Below the pieces are notes generated by a model, which did no database searches, was not told the DNA's origin, and saw only the letters and a list, made by a program, of their open reading frames with translations. Shown here in pieces: positions 20,142 to 31,127 of a DNA stretch of 64,000 nt. Origin of the DNA: Candidatus Latescibacterota bacterium (GTDB lineage Bacteria > Latescibacterota > UBA2968); the NCBI GenBank assembly GCA_965207885.1, contig OZ242311.1:5216001-5280000 (forward strand), read 5' to 3'. The translations under genes were made by a program, and so were the position numbers. How positions within the stretch are numbered: the stretch's first letter is position 1; each line of letters begins with the position of its first letter.

Positions 20142-21533
20142 ATGAAAAAAAACAAACCAAATGTATTATTCATTCTCGCAGACGACCTGGGCTGGCGCGA
20201 TACGTCGTTATACGGCAGCGCATTTTGCAAAACCCCAAACATCGACGCCCTTGCCGCGCGCGGCATGATGTTTACCAATGCGTACGCCGCCAACCCGCTG
20301 TGTTCCCCCACTCGCGCGAGCATCATAACGGGATTGTGGCCCGCGCGCGTTGGCATTACAACGCCGGGATGCCATCTGGACCACATTGTACTCGAATCCT
20401 TTTTGAGCGAAAAAGGACCGCCGCATAACAAAGCCCTGATCGCACAAAGCGTCACCCGCTTAAGCACGGAATACCAAACTCTATCATCGGTATTTCGCGA
20501 TGCGGGATACAAAACCGCGCACATTGGGAAATGGCATCTGGGCGCAGAGCCTTATAGCCCATTTGAACACGGATTCGACATCGACATCCCGCACACACCT
20601 GCCCCCAGCCCATTGGCCGATGGCTGGTTTGCGCCGTGGAAAGTCTATCCCAATAAGGGCGAACCGGGCGATCACCTGGAAGATCGCATGGCGCAAGAAG
20701 CCGTTGAATTTATTCGCGAAAACAAAGACACACCTTTTTATCTCCATTTCTGGCAATTTTCTGTACATTCTCCCTGGCACGCCAAACAGGATGTAATAGA
20801 AAAATACGCGCAAAAAGTCGATATCGAAGATCCCCAGCACAACCCCGTTTACGCAGCCATGGTTGAAACAATGGACGACGCAGTAGGGCAATTAATGGGA
20901 ACACTTGAAGAAGAAGGGATTTTAGACAATACCATCGTAATCTTCTTTTCGGACAATGGCGGAGTACACTGGAGCGCGACAGACAATGTCCATCCCGATT
21001 ATATCGATGTACCCATAACGAGCAACGCGCCCCTGAGAGGCGGAAAGGCAAATACCTACGAAGGCGGCACCCGCGAACCGTTGATTGTCACGTGGCCCGG
21101 TCAGATTGAAGCGGGCAGCCGCAACGATCAGGCAATCGTGCAAAGCATCGATTTCTTCCCCACCCTGACCGAACTCTGCGGCCTCGAAGCACCTGCATCG
21201 GTTGACGGCATCAGTTTTGCCCCCGCACTTCGCGGCGAACCCCTTGCGCGGGACACCATTTTCTGTCACTTTCCGCACTATACGCCGGCAGCAGATGGCC
21301 TGCCATCGACTTATATTCGCAAAGGCGATTGGAAACTCATCCGATTCTATTGCGACAACGACGACCAGACCGACCGCGTGGAACTGTACAATCTGGCAGA
21401 AGACATTGGCGAAACAAATAATCTGGCGGACGAATATCCCGACCGCGTATCTGAATTGAATGACCTTATCGATCAATTCCTGACAGATACCGGCGCTGTG
21501 ATACCCACACCCAATCCCGCGTATCAGGGATAA
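20142..21533 (+). CDS. Sulfatase (Cys-type formylglycine-dependent)
   Basis: ADDLG, CSPTRASIITG, GKWHLG, SDNGG. Confidence 0.95.
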   Translation: MKKNKPNVLFILADDLGWRDTSLYGSAFCKTPNIDALAARGMMFTNAYAANPLCSPTRASIITGLWPARVGITTPGCHLDHIVLESFLSEKGPPHNKALIAQSVTRLSTEYQTLSSVFRDAGYKTAHIGKWHLGAEPYSPFEHGFDIDIPHTPAPSPLADGWFAPWKVYPNKGEPGDHLEDRMAQEAVEFIRENKDTPFYLHFWQFSVHSPWHAKQDVIEKYAQKVDIEDPQHNPVYAAMVETMDDAVGQLMGTLEEEGILDNTIVIFFSDNGGVHWSATDNVHPDYIDVPITSNAPLRGGKANTYEGGTREPLIVTWPGQIEAGSRNDQAIVQSIDFFPTLTELCGLEAPASVDGISFAPALRGEPLARDTIFCHFPHYTPAADGLPSTYIRKGDWKLIRFYCDNDDQTDRVELYNLAEDIGETNNLADEYPDRVSELNDLIDQFLTDTGAVIPTPNPAYQG

Positions 21534-21549
21534 ATCTAAGGAGCAACAC

Positions 21550-22092
21550 ATGACTGTTCAATACAACGGAATTTTACGCGCACTCGTCGCCGCGATCATA
21601 CTCGCCGCGCTCAGCACGCTGGGCGATTTTCTGTGGGCGCATCACGGGATCAAACACCGCATGTTCACCGGCATCCTTCACGGCGCACTATTGTGCCTCT
21701 GTTTGGGCGTTGTTCTCGGATATGGTGGCAAAACGCTACAAACGATTTTATTGGGCGCACTCGGTGGCCTCGCCATTGGCATATTATCCGCTGGCGGATA
21801 TTATCTCATGCGCCCGATCATTCGCTCTGACGCGGTGATCGTCGCGTGGATGGAACTGTGGATCCTTGCAGCCCTGCTCCACTGGTGGGTGAACACCATC
21901 TCCGAAAGCCTGAAACGCACATTGCTCCGGGGTATTCTGGCCGCCGTGACTTCTGGTCTCGCCTTCTTGATTTTGGGCATTTGGACCAAACACGCGCTCG
22001 GCGGGCCGCATTATGTCTATAAGCTGCTTTCCTGGACCATCGCCTTTTTACCTGGATTTCTCGCGCTATTTGTCACGCGGAAAACCGACTAA
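21550..22092 (+). CDS. Hypothetical membrane protein (about 6 TM)
   Basis: GGAG RBS, hydrophobic helices, fits operon spacing. Confidence 0.7.
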   Translation: MTVQYNGILRALVAAIILAALSTLGDFLWAHHGIKHRMFTGILHGALLCLCLGVVLGYGGKTLQTILLGALGGLAIGILSAGGYYLMRPIIRSDAVIVAWMELWILAALLHWWVNTISESLKRTLLRGILAAVTSGLAFLILGIWTKHALGGPHYVYKLLSWTIAFLPGFLALFVTRKTD

Positions 22093-22110
22093 CACCTGTG
22101 GAGGTCTCTT

Positions 22111-22965
22111 TTGATCAAACTCGTCTGTCTAACACTGCCTTATGCAAACTATCCTCTCGAGCGAGGGATTGAAGGCGTTGCCCGCGCGGGATATTCCCAT
22201 GTGGGCTTGGGCTGGTCGCACGAAGGCGAAGACACGCTCGGTTTTGATCCCGATGGGCCCCTTGTGCACCGCACAAAAACCCTGTGCGAACAAGCGGGTT
22301 TAACCCCTGTCGTAATCGGACTTGGATCCACCCCGGCAAGGGATAACGCGCGTTATCTTATGCGCAGAATTGATGTGTGTCGGGCACTCGGCGCCGAAAC
22401 AGTTCAGATGGCCGGAGTGGGTGGGTATCGGCGATTTCCCGATGAACCGCTCGCCCCCGAAGTCTTTCAATCTGCCCACGAAGCCTATGTCGCAGACCTG
22501 AAAGAAGCGGGAACCCATGCCCAGAATCAAAACATTATCCTCGCACCCAAACCACATACGGGCAATACCGCAACCGCAAAACATCTGGCCCGCTTATTGC
22601 CCGAAATTGATCGGACCTCGGTACGAGCCTGTTACGACCCGGGAAATGTCCATTATTACGAAGGCATATCTCCCGAAGACGATTTTCCCCATATTGCGGA
22701 CCAAACCTGTAAAATAATCGCCAAAGATCACATTGGTCCCAAAGCAGAAAACAACTTCCCCATTCCCGGCGAAGGAGATGTGGATTTTGAGCGCATCTTT
22801 GCCACGGCATTAGAAGCGGGCTTTGATGGCCCAGTGGTCGTCGAGCGCGTAAATGGCACGGGTGGTGCTTTTACGGCTGAAGAAATCGATATTCGCATCC
22901 GACGCGCACGCGAAAATGTGATAGATTTACTGAATAGTGCAGGATTTTCTTTAGATGAAGGATGA
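22111..22965 (+). CDS. Sugar phosphate isomerase/epimerase (xylose isomerase-like TIM barrel)
   Basis: YDPGN, AKD, PGEGDVDF, GPVVVE; TTG start after GGAGG. Confidence 0.85.
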   Translation: MIKLVCLTLPYANYPLERGIEGVARAGYSHVGLGWSHEGEDTLGFDPDGPLVHRTKTLCEQAGLTPVVIGLGSTPARDNARYLMRRIDVCRALGAETVQMAGVGGYRRFPDEPLAPEVFQSAHEAYVADLKEAGTHAQNQNIILAPKPHTGNTATAKHLARLLPEIDRTSVRACYDPGNVHYYEGISPEDDFPHIADQTCKIIAKDHIGPKAENNFPIPGEGDVDFERIFATALEAGFDGPVVVERVNGTGGAFTAEEIDIRIRRARENVIDLLNSAGFSLDEG

Positions 22966-24212
22966 AAACTATGACGCTTAATGAACTGCGCGGAAAAACA
23001 GTCGCACTTGCATCGTCGGGAGGATTGGACAGTTGCACCGTGACAAAATGGCTGGCTGACCGCGGCGTAAATGTCGTGAGTTTAACCGCCGATATTGGAC
23101 AACCCGATGAGGAAAATATCGATGACATATCCAAACGCATGCTCGCCTGTGGCGCGCGTGAAGCCGTGCTGATCGATCTAAAGACCGACCTGGCAGAAGC
23201 AGGCATAGCAATGCTGATTGGACAAGCGCGTTACGAAGGTGGATATTGGAATACAACGGGCATCGCGCGATATGTCACCACGCGGGGATTATTGGAGGAA
23301 ATGGACCGGCGCAACATCGACGTACTCGCGCACGGCGCAACCGGACGCGGCAACGATCAGGTGCGATTTCAACTCGTCGCCAATATGCTCAAACCCAGCG
23401 TAACCGTATATGCCCCCTGGCGAGACCCCGCATTTCTCGACATATTTGGCGGACGCAAAGAAATGATCGACTTTTGCAATTCATACAATTTGCCGATCAC
23501 AGCGACGTATGAAAAACCCTATTCTACCGACGCCAACTTTTTGGGCTTAACACATGAGGCAGGCAAACTCGAATACCTCGATGTCGCAGCCGATTTTATT
23601 GAACCGGGCATGGGCGTATTGCCCGCGCAGGCACCGGATAAACCCGAATCATTTACCGTCAGAATAGACGCGGGCCTCCCGGTGCAAATCAATGGTACGG
23701 ATACCGATTCTGTAACCGCAATCCTGAAAGCCAATGAAATTGGCGGACGAAACGGCGTGGGCATTGGGATTCACACCGTGGAAAACCGCTTTGTCGGCAT
23801 CAAATCGCGCGGCGTATATGAAAGCCCGGGACTTTGCCTGCTCGGCGCGTGTTACGAGTTCTTGCTCCAACAAGTTCTGGACCGGCGCGCGCGAAAATTT
23901 TACGATTCGATATCTTCATCCCTCGCCGAACAAATCTATCAGGGATATTACTGCGATTTATCCACTCAAATGATGCAGGGCGCGCTCGCGCCCGTGGCAA
24001 AATTATTGACGGGCACAATCACAGTCGCCGCATACAAAGGCACAGTATTATTTCAATCATCGGAAAATGTGCCGCACTCTCTCTACTCCGAAGAAACCGC
24101 TTCAATGGAAGACGTGGGCGACTACGACCACCGCGATTCCGAGGGCTTCTTAAACGTCCTCGGCGTCGGCGCAAAAGCCCAACACGCAGCGGGACAAAGT
24201 GCTGACTTATGA
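22962..24212 (+). CDS. argG: Argininosuccinate synthase
   Basis: SGGLDS, HGATGRGNDQVRF, YSTDAN, ENRFVGIKSRGVYESPG. Confidence 0.95.
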   Translation: MKTMTLNELRGKTVALASSGGLDSCTVTKWLADRGVNVVSLTADIGQPDEENIDDISKRMLACGAREAVLIDLKTDLAEAGIAMLIGQARYEGGYWNTTGIARYVTTRGLLEEMDRRNIDVLAHGATGRGNDQVRFQLVANMLKPSVTVYAPWRDPAFLDIFGGRKEMIDFCNSYNLPITATYEKPYSTDANFLGLTHEAGKLEYLDVAADFIEPGMGVLPAQAPDKPESFTVRIDAGLPVQINGTDTDSVTAILKANEIGGRNGVGIGIHTVENRFVGIKSRGVYESPGLCLLGACYEFLLQQVLDRRARKFYDSISSSLAEQIYQGYYCDLSTQMMQGALAPVAKLLTGTITVAAYKGTVLFQSSENVPHSLYSEETASMEDVGDYDHRDSEGFLNVLGVGAKAQHAAGQSADL

Positions 24213-24273
24213 GTGATGTTCAATTCCGATAGCAGTTCAATCCATCCCCAAATTATCAAATCAAGAGTACCCC

Positions 24274-27200
24274 ATGTCACAAAATAACCTTTCTTTGCAA
24301 ATATCAGGAATCCGAGATAACCACCACCGGGGTACAGTGGGCAATTTCCTCAAGTCCAAAATCCAGAATGGCTCATCACTTTCAATCGTATCTGCGTACT
24401 TTACAATTTACGCTTTTGAAGCCTTAAAAGCATCGCTGGTAGATATTAAAGACCTGCGATTTTTGTTTGGTGAGCCGCGTTTTGTCAAAAGCCTTGACCC
24501 GGAAAGGACGGACAAAAAAGCCTTCAAGATCGAAGACGAGGGCTTGCAACTTCAGAATCGGCTTGAGCAAAAGCGCGTTGCCAAAGAATGCGCCAAGTGG
24601 ATCAAAAAAAAGGTACAGATACGGTCGATCAGAGCACTGAATCTATTACACGGAAAAATGTACCATATTGCCCATAACGGCGTGGAAGAAGCCATTATGG
24701 GCAGTTCCAATTTTACAGTGCGTGGCCTGGGGCTGAGCCAGACGAGCAACAATATTGAACTCAATCTGGAGGTAGATAGCAACCGTGACCGCCGCGATCT
24801 GAAAACATGGTTTGATGAACTCTGGAATAACCAAGAACTGGTCGAAGATGTCAAAGCGGAGGTGCTATTATACCTTGAGCAACTCTATCAAAATCACGCG
24901 CCGGAATTTATCTACTACAAAACCCTGTTTCATATCTTTGAGCAGTATTTGGATGAACAGGAGAGTAGCGGGTTGCTCGCCGAGCAGATGCAACTCGTCG
25001 ATACAGAGATTTGGAACGCCCTGTTTGAATTTCAGAAAGACGGCGTAAAAGGCGCGATCAACAAAATTCGTCAACACAACGGCTGTGTCATTGCCGACAG
25101 TGTTGGCCTGGGTAAGACCTTCGAAGCCCTGGCAGTGATCAAATACTTTGAACTACAAAATGACAAAGTCCTTGTTTTGTGTCCTAAGAAATTGCGCGAC
25201 AACTGGACGATTTACCAGGCGCAGAATAACAGCGAACTGAATCCCTTCCTCAAAGATCGCTTTGGATACACAGTCCTATCACATACCGACCTGAGTCGCG
25301 ATGGAGGCAGGTCTGGAGATATTGATCTGGCAACTATCAACTGGGGCAACTACCAGTTAGTTGTTATTGATGAATCGCACAATTTCCGGAACAACACACC
25401 AGGCAAGCGAGACGAGGACGGCAATCTGATTCGCAAAAGCCGTTATCAACGTTTGATGGAAGATATTATCCAGAGTGGGGTCAAAACCAAAGTTCTATTG
25501 CTTTCCGCCACACCGGTGAACAATGATTTGAAAGATTTACGCAATCAGATTTATTTTTTTACTGAAGATAGCGATGACGCTTTCCGCGAATCACTTGGTA
25601 TTGGCAGCCTGAAAGACACACTGGCAACAGCACAGCGCACGTTTACAGAATGGGCGAAGCAGAGGGGTGTACACCGACAAACTTCTACTTTGTTGGAACA
25701 ACTGAGTTCTGCGTTTTTTAAGTTACTTGACGCATTGACCATTGCCCGTTCTCGAAAACACATAGAGAAATACTACCGGAATTCACTTAAAGAACTCGGT
25801 GGATTCCCAGATCGAGGTACGCCTATATCTGTTTCTCCCGATATTGATTTGAAGAAGCAGTTTATGTCTTACGACGAGTTGAACGAGGAAATCTCTAAAT
25901 ATCAACTTTCCTTGTTCAATCCCTCAAAATACGTCCTTTCAGAACACCAATCCCAATACGATACTCAGCAGATCCGAAACTTTACACAAAGTGACCGCGA
26001 ACATTATTTGATTGGCATGATGAAGGTGAACTTCCTCAAGCGGTTGGAAAGTTCCGTTCATTCATTTGCCATTACAATGCAGCGTACGATTGAAAAAATT
26101 GATGCACTGGAAGGACGAATCAGACGGTTTCAAAAGGTCCGCGATGACAACCCTGATTTGGATTTGGAAGAGATCGAAATTGAAGCCCTTGAAGACGAAG
26201 AATTGCAGGAAGCAATGCAGGTAGGAAAAAAACTCGTCTTTAATATGGCGCATCTCAATGTTGATACGTGGCTGAAAGATTTGAAGCGCGACAAAGAGCA
26301 ACTCACGTTGCCTTACCTTTTCGCAAAAGACATCACCCCTGACCGCGATGCCAAACTCGCCAAACTAAAAGAACTCATCGCTGAAAAAGTCAAAAATCCG
26401 ACAATCACCAAAAATGATCAGCCGAATCGCAAGGTGTTGGTTTTTACCCACTTTGCCGATACTGCCACATACCTCTATAACGCCTTGCGTCAATGGGCAA
26501 CCGATGAATTGAGGATTCATATTGCAATGGTATCGGGGGGTTCCGAGAATAAGACGACCTTTGGCAGAAATGAATTTAGCCACATTCTGACAAATTTTTC
26601 TCCCGTTGCAAAGAAACGCGCTCAGATGGAATCCATGCCACAAGACAGTGAGATTGACTTGCTAATTGGCACGGATTGTATCTCCGAAGGGCAAAACCTG
26701 CAAGACTGCGATTATTTGATTAACTACGATATTCACTGGAATCCAGTGCGGATTATTCAACGGTTTGGGCGGATTGACCGCATCGGTAGTATCAATGATC
26801 GTGTCCAACTTGTCAACTTTTGGCCGACATCTGACCTCAACCGCTATATCAAACTGAAAAATCGCGTTGAAGCACGGATGGCACTGGTAGATATTGCCGC
26901 TACACAGGGAGACAATCTGTTGGAGCCAGAGGAAATTCAAGACGTAATTTCTGATGAACTCACATACCGCGACCAGCAACTCCGGCGCTTGCAAAAAGAA
27001 GTGTTAGACCTTGAGGAGTTCAACGAAAGCATTGCACTCAATGAATTTACCCTCGACGACTTCCGCATCGAATTGATGAAGTATATTGAGAGCAATAGGC
27101 AAATCCTCGAAGACGCGCCGTTTGGACTTTATGCCGTTGTTCCAACACATCCGGAGTATCCAATGATTACCCCCGGTGTTGTTTTCTGTCTGCGGCAGAA

Positions 27201-27591
27201 AGGGGATTCAACGGAAAACGAGAAGCTCAATCCATTGCAGCCCTATTTCCTCGTCTATATTCGGGAAGATGGCGAAGTGCGCTTTACCTTTGCCCAACCC
27301 AAGCAGATTCTCGAGATGTACCGCCTGCTCTGCGAGAATGCGAAAAACCCTTATGAGGAACTGTGCGCCTTATTCGACAAGCAGACAGACAACGGCGCAA
27401 ACATGGCGCAATACAACGACCTGCTTGAGAAAGCGGTTCGTTCACTCAGTCTCACCTATAAGAAACGCGCTATCGGTAACCTATTATCTGGTCGTAGTGG
27501 CACCCTGCCTAAAAAACAACAACAGGTCAGCCAAACTACAGATTTTGAACTCATAACTTGGCTGGTGATTAAATCGGAAAATCAACAATGA
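24274..27591 (+). CDS. PLD-nuclease / SNF2-like helicase fusion, restriction-type subunit
   Basis: LHGKMY...GSSNFT PLD motif; ADSVGLGKT, DESH, SAT, SEGQNLQ, QRFGRIDR helicase motifs. Confidence 0.9.
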   Translation: MSQNNLSLQISGIRDNHHRGTVGNFLKSKIQNGSSLSIVSAYFTIYAFEALKASLVDIKDLRFLFGEPRFVKSLDPERTDKKAFKIEDEGLQLQNRLEQKRVAKECAKWIKKKVQIRSIRALNLLHGKMYHIAHNGVEEAIMGSSNFTVRGLGLSQTSNNIELNLEVDSNRDRRDLKTWFDELWNNQELVEDVKAEVLLYLEQLYQNHAPEFIYYKTLFHIFEQYLDEQESSGLLAEQMQLVDTEIWNALFEFQKDGVKGAINKIRQHNGCVIADSVGLGKTFEALAVIKYFELQNDKVLVLCPKKLRDNWTIYQAQNNSELNPFLKDRFGYTVLSHTDLSRDGGRSGDIDLATINWGNYQLVVIDESHNFRNNTPGKRDEDGNLIRKSRYQRLMEDIIQSGVKTKVLLLSATPVNNDLKDLRNQIYFFTEDSDDAFRESLGIGSLKDTLATAQRTFTEWAKQRGVHRQTSTLLEQLSSAFFKLLDALTIARSRKHIEKYYRNSLKELGGFPDRGTPISVSPDIDLKKQFMSYDELNEEISKYQLSLFNPSKYVLSEHQSQYDTQQIRNFTQSDREHYLIGMMKVNFLKRLESSVHSFAITMQRTIEKIDALEGRIRRFQKVRDDNPDLDLEEIEIEALEDEELQEAMQVGKKLVFNMAHLNVDTWLKDLKRDKEQLTLPYLFAKDITPDRDAKLAKLKELIAEKVKNPTITKNDQPNRKVLVFTHFADTATYLYNALRQWATDELRIHIAMVSGGSENKTTFGRNEFSHILTNFSPVAKKRAQMESMPQDSEIDLLIGTDCISEGQNLQDCDYLINYDIHWNPVRIIQRFGRIDRIGSINDRVQLVNFWPTSDLNRYIKLKNRVEARMALVDIAATQGDNLLEPEEIQDVISDELTYRDQQLRRLQKEVLDLEEFNESIALNEFTLDDFRIELMKYIESNRQILEDAPFGLYAVVPTHPEYPMITPGVVFCLRQKGDSTENEKLNPLQPYFLVYIREDGEVRFTFAQPKQILEMYRLLCENAKNPYEELCALFDKQTDNGANMAQYNDLLEKAVRSLSLTYKKRAIGNLLSGRSGTLPKKQQQVSQTTDFELITWLVIKSENQQ

Positions 27592-30500
27592 ACGATATAG
27601 CATACAAACAGAAAATCGCTGAAGCCCTACAACGCTTCCGAAGCGGGAACCTCGCCCAGAATGCCCGAGATCTGCTTAACACGCTCGGCTACCATAGCGA
27701 TTTAGAGATGGATATCGAACCAAATACCGCAAAGGGGTTTATTGCGGAGTTCGATCTGTCTGATAAGATGAATCGAGAGCGGGCACAGATAGATGATTGG
27801 GTGTCAATTGATCTTCTCTTTCAATTGCGGGAAGAGGAAATCACCGAGAGTGATAAGATACAAATCCCTTTTGATAACCGGCAGATTGATAACACCCGTA
27901 TTGAGTCATACCTATTCTTTGCGCTGAAACTACAGAATGGCAATTACACCCGCACACAACTCTCCAATATTACCCGCGAAATCAACAAGCTGACCCCAAT
28001 GCCCGCGATGATGCTTTTCCAGCACGGCCAGACCCTGACCTTCTCGATTATTGACCGGCGTCTGCACAAACGCGACGAATCCAAAGATGTTCTCGAAAAG
28101 GTGACGCTAATCAAAGACATTGATTTCAATGATCCTCACCGCGCACATATTGAAATCCTATTCGACCTTGCCCTCGAACAATTGCACAAAACACAGGGCG
28201 TTCACAACTTTGTCGAACTGCATCGAGCATGGGCAAAGACGCTGGATACCGAGGAACTCAACCGACAGTTCTACCTCAAACTATTCGACTGGTTTGAATG
28301 GGCGGTGTCTGAAGCGAAATTTCCCTCTACTTTGCCAGTTGAGCAACACGTCATCCGTCTAATTACTCGCATTCTGTTTGTCTGGTTTATTAAAGAAAAA
28401 CACCTCGTCGCTAAAGAGTGGTTTGTCCGATCTGAAATGGACAAACTGCTGAAAAATTTTGGGCAATCGGATTACTACCGTGCAATATTGCAAAATTTGT
28501 TTTTTGCAACCCTCAATACCGAGATGAAACACCGTCAGTTTTCCCCGCAGAAACGTAGTGGACACCGTATGTTTTCAAAGTACCGCTACCGCTCACTGAT
28601 TGCCAATGAAACGCGGTTTATGGAATTGATGAAGCAAACCCCTTTTATCAATGGCGGTTTATTTGATTGTCTGGACAGCGAAGAGGCGACTCGAGATGGT
28701 GGCTACCGCATTGACATGTTTAGCGATCCCGATCCTATCGAATACCCAGCCGCACGACGCAAGGCGTGGCGAGAACTACACATTCCCGACGATTTGTTCT
28801 TTGACGAACAGCGCGGTTTGTTCCCCTTGCTCAAACATTACAAATTCACGGTGGAGGAAAATACACCTATTGAGCAGGAAGTCGCGCTGGATCCAGAATT
28901 GCTCGGAAAAGTGTTTGAGAACTTGCTGGCGGCTTACAACCCTGAGACACGCGAGACCGCACGCAAGCAGACCGGTTCTTACTATACCCCGCGTCCCGTA
29001 GTAGATTATATGGTAAATGAGGTTCTGGTAGCGACACTGGCGGAAAAGTACCAGCCGACCGATGGCGATATGGCGTACTGGCAAGAACGCTTGCGTTATC
29101 TTTTGAATTATGAGAGCATATTCGACGACGCTAATGAACTTTTTGAGCAAGAAGAAGCAGAGGGCATTGTGCGGGCGATTGCAGAAATCAAAGTGCTGGA
29201 TCCCGCAGTAGGTTCTGGCGCATTTCCGATGGGCATACTACATACACTCACCCTGGCGTTACAGCGGCTTGACCCCGACAACAAACGCTGGGAAGCACTG
29301 CAAAAAGAACGTGCGAGAACAAAGGCAGGCGCGGCATTTGACACTGAAGACGATAACGTACGACGCGAGGAGTTACTGGAAATCAACAACACTTTTAAGC
29401 GTTATCGGGATTCAGATTTTGGGCGTAAACTCTACCTGATTCAAAACAGCATCTTTGGCGTGGACACTCAGCCTATCGCTTGCCAAATCGCTAAACTGCG
29501 ATTTTTCATTTCACTGGCAATCGAGCAGGAAACAGACGAGAAAACAGAAAACTTTGGCATCAGGCCCTTGCCGAACCTGGAGATGCGTTTTGTCGCGGCA
29601 GATACGCTGATCGGTCTCAAAGGAGATCCGATGCTGACAAGCAAGAAAGCGCAGGATTTGGAGCAGGAACTGAATGAAAATCGCGAGCATTATTTTCATG
29701 CGACCACACGCGACAAAAAACTTGCGTGCAAAAATAAGGATAAAGCACTGCGGAGAGAATTGGCGAGAGAGTTAGAAAATTTTGGACTTCCTGCCGATGA
29801 CGTCCATAAAATTGTGCAATGGGATGCCTACGACCAAAATGCAAAAGCGGAGTGGTTTGACGCTAGAAAAATGTTTGGCATTTCTAATGGATTTGATATT
29901 GTAATTGGAAATCCACCGTATGTCGAGTCAAGAAACAGCTTACTATCGACAGAACTGAAGAATTCTTACGGCAATCAAGTCCTAACCGATTGGAACGAAA
30001 CACTACAGCGTGGGAGCGATTTGCTCATCTATTTCTACGCTCGTTCTCCAAAATTCTTAAATGATTCAGGTTATGGCTGTTTCATTACTCAAAACGCTTG
30101 GCTCAGCACGGACTATGGGCAAAAATTCCAAAAGTTTTCGCTCGGAAAATTCTCGTTCCAGAAAATCATCGATACTTCCGCCAAGTTCTTTTCTGACGTT
30201 AAAAGCCAGAATATCAATGCCATCATTACAACTTTCACCAAGAACCTGTTGCAAAACATAGAATACGGGGTTGCAAACAGTGATATGAAGATTACCCCAA
30301 AGAGAATCATTGATCCGAAACAAACGATGAAGTGGGGACATCTCTTTTCTATGCCCGAATTCTATTTGGATATACTGTCAAATATATCTGCAAATGCTGA
30401 CATGGGAAACAAAATCACTTTTGGTCAAGGGTTAAACTTTTCTAAGAGCAAACTAAATGAGCCTGGGGCCAATGTGCCCGTAATTGTCAAAGACGCAAGT

Positions 30501-31034
30501 TTTGTTGCTGTTGCTGCTGATGGAACCATACAAACGGTTAGTGCCCGCAGAAAAAAGAAAATACCGGCACTCATTATGCCACGAGGCATCGGAGATCGCT
30601 ATTATTGCACATTTAATTTGTGCAGGGCATTTTCATATAGCCATGTAGAGCTATATATACCGAATGATCTTTGGGAATCAGAAATGCACTACTGTCTATG
30701 GGCTTATCTAAATTCATCATTCGTTTGGCTTTTTCGAGAGATCACAGGAAGAAAAAATCTTGGAGGGGGTATGTTAAAAGCCGAAGCGACTGACATGAAG
30801 GCGTTGCCCGTAAATTTTGATTTCGACTTCGCCGACGCCGCGAAGGAAGTGTTCGACAGCATAAAACATAGAGAACCAATGTCTGTTGCTGAAGAAATTT
30901 CTACGGAAGAGCATTTGCTCATAGACGAGATGGTCGCTGAATATTTTGGTTTCTCAGACGTGCTGGAGAATATCAGAGTAGCTCTGGTTGACCAAGTAAA
31001 TTTCCGTCTGAACAGAGCGCGACCAGAAAAATAA
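27588..31034 (+). CDS. Eco57I/type IIG-like adenine DNA methyltransferase with C-terminal target recognition region
   Basis: NGGLF, GSYYTP, DPAVGSGAF, GNPPY; ATGA-coupled to the helicase. Confidence 0.9.
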   Translation: MNDIAYKQKIAEALQRFRSGNLAQNARDLLNTLGYHSDLEMDIEPNTAKGFIAEFDLSDKMNRERAQIDDWVSIDLLFQLREEEITESDKIQIPFDNRQIDNTRIESYLFFALKLQNGNYTRTQLSNITREINKLTPMPAMMLFQHGQTLTFSIIDRRLHKRDESKDVLEKVTLIKDIDFNDPHRAHIEILFDLALEQLHKTQGVHNFVELHRAWAKTLDTEELNRQFYLKLFDWFEWAVSEAKFPSTLPVEQHVIRLITRILFVWFIKEKHLVAKEWFVRSEMDKLLKNFGQSDYYRAILQNLFFATLNTEMKHRQFSPQKRSGHRMFSKYRYRSLIANETRFMELMKQTPFINGGLFDCLDSEEATRDGGYRIDMFSDPDPIEYPAARRKAWRELHIPDDLFFDEQRGLFPLLKHYKFTVEENTPIEQEVALDPELLGKVFENLLAAYNPETRETARKQTGSYYTPRPVVDYMVNEVLVATLAEKYQPTDGDMAYWQERLRYLLNYESIFDDANELFEQEEAEGIVRAIAEIKVLDPAVGSGAFPMGILHTLTLALQRLDPDNKRWEALQKERARTKAGAAFDTEDDNVRREELLEINNTFKRYRDSDFGRKLYLIQNSIFGVDTQPIACQIAKLRFFISLAIEQETDEKTENFGIRPLPNLEMRFVAADTLIGLKGDPMLTSKKAQDLEQELNENREHYFHATTRDKKLACKNKDKALRRELARELENFGLPADDVHKIVQWDAYDQNAKAEWFDARKMFGISNGFDIVIGNPPYVESRNSLLSTELKNSYGNQVLTDWNETLQRGSDLLIYFYARSPKFLNDSGYGCFITQNAWLSTDYGQKFQKFSLGKFSFQKIIDTSAKFFSDVKSQNINAIITTFTKNLLQNIEYGVANSDMKITPKRIIDPKQTMKWGHLFSMPEFYLDILSNISANADMGNKITFGQGLNFSKSKLNEPGANVPVIVKDASFVAVAADGTIQTVSARRKKKIPALIMPRGIGDRYYCTFNLCRAFSYSHVELYIPNDLWESEMHYCLWAYLNSSFVWLFREITGRKNLGGGMLKAEATDMKALPVNFDFDFADAAKEVFDSIKHREPMSVAEEISTEEHLLIDEMVAEYFGFSDVLENIRVALVDQVNFRLNRARPEK

Positions 31035-31127
31035 CGCAAACCGTGGGGTGGAAAGGGAGATAGACCGGCTAGGTCTATGCGCTCTATGCCTGATGGCGAA
31101 AAAAATTGATATTGTGAGGAAAAGAGA

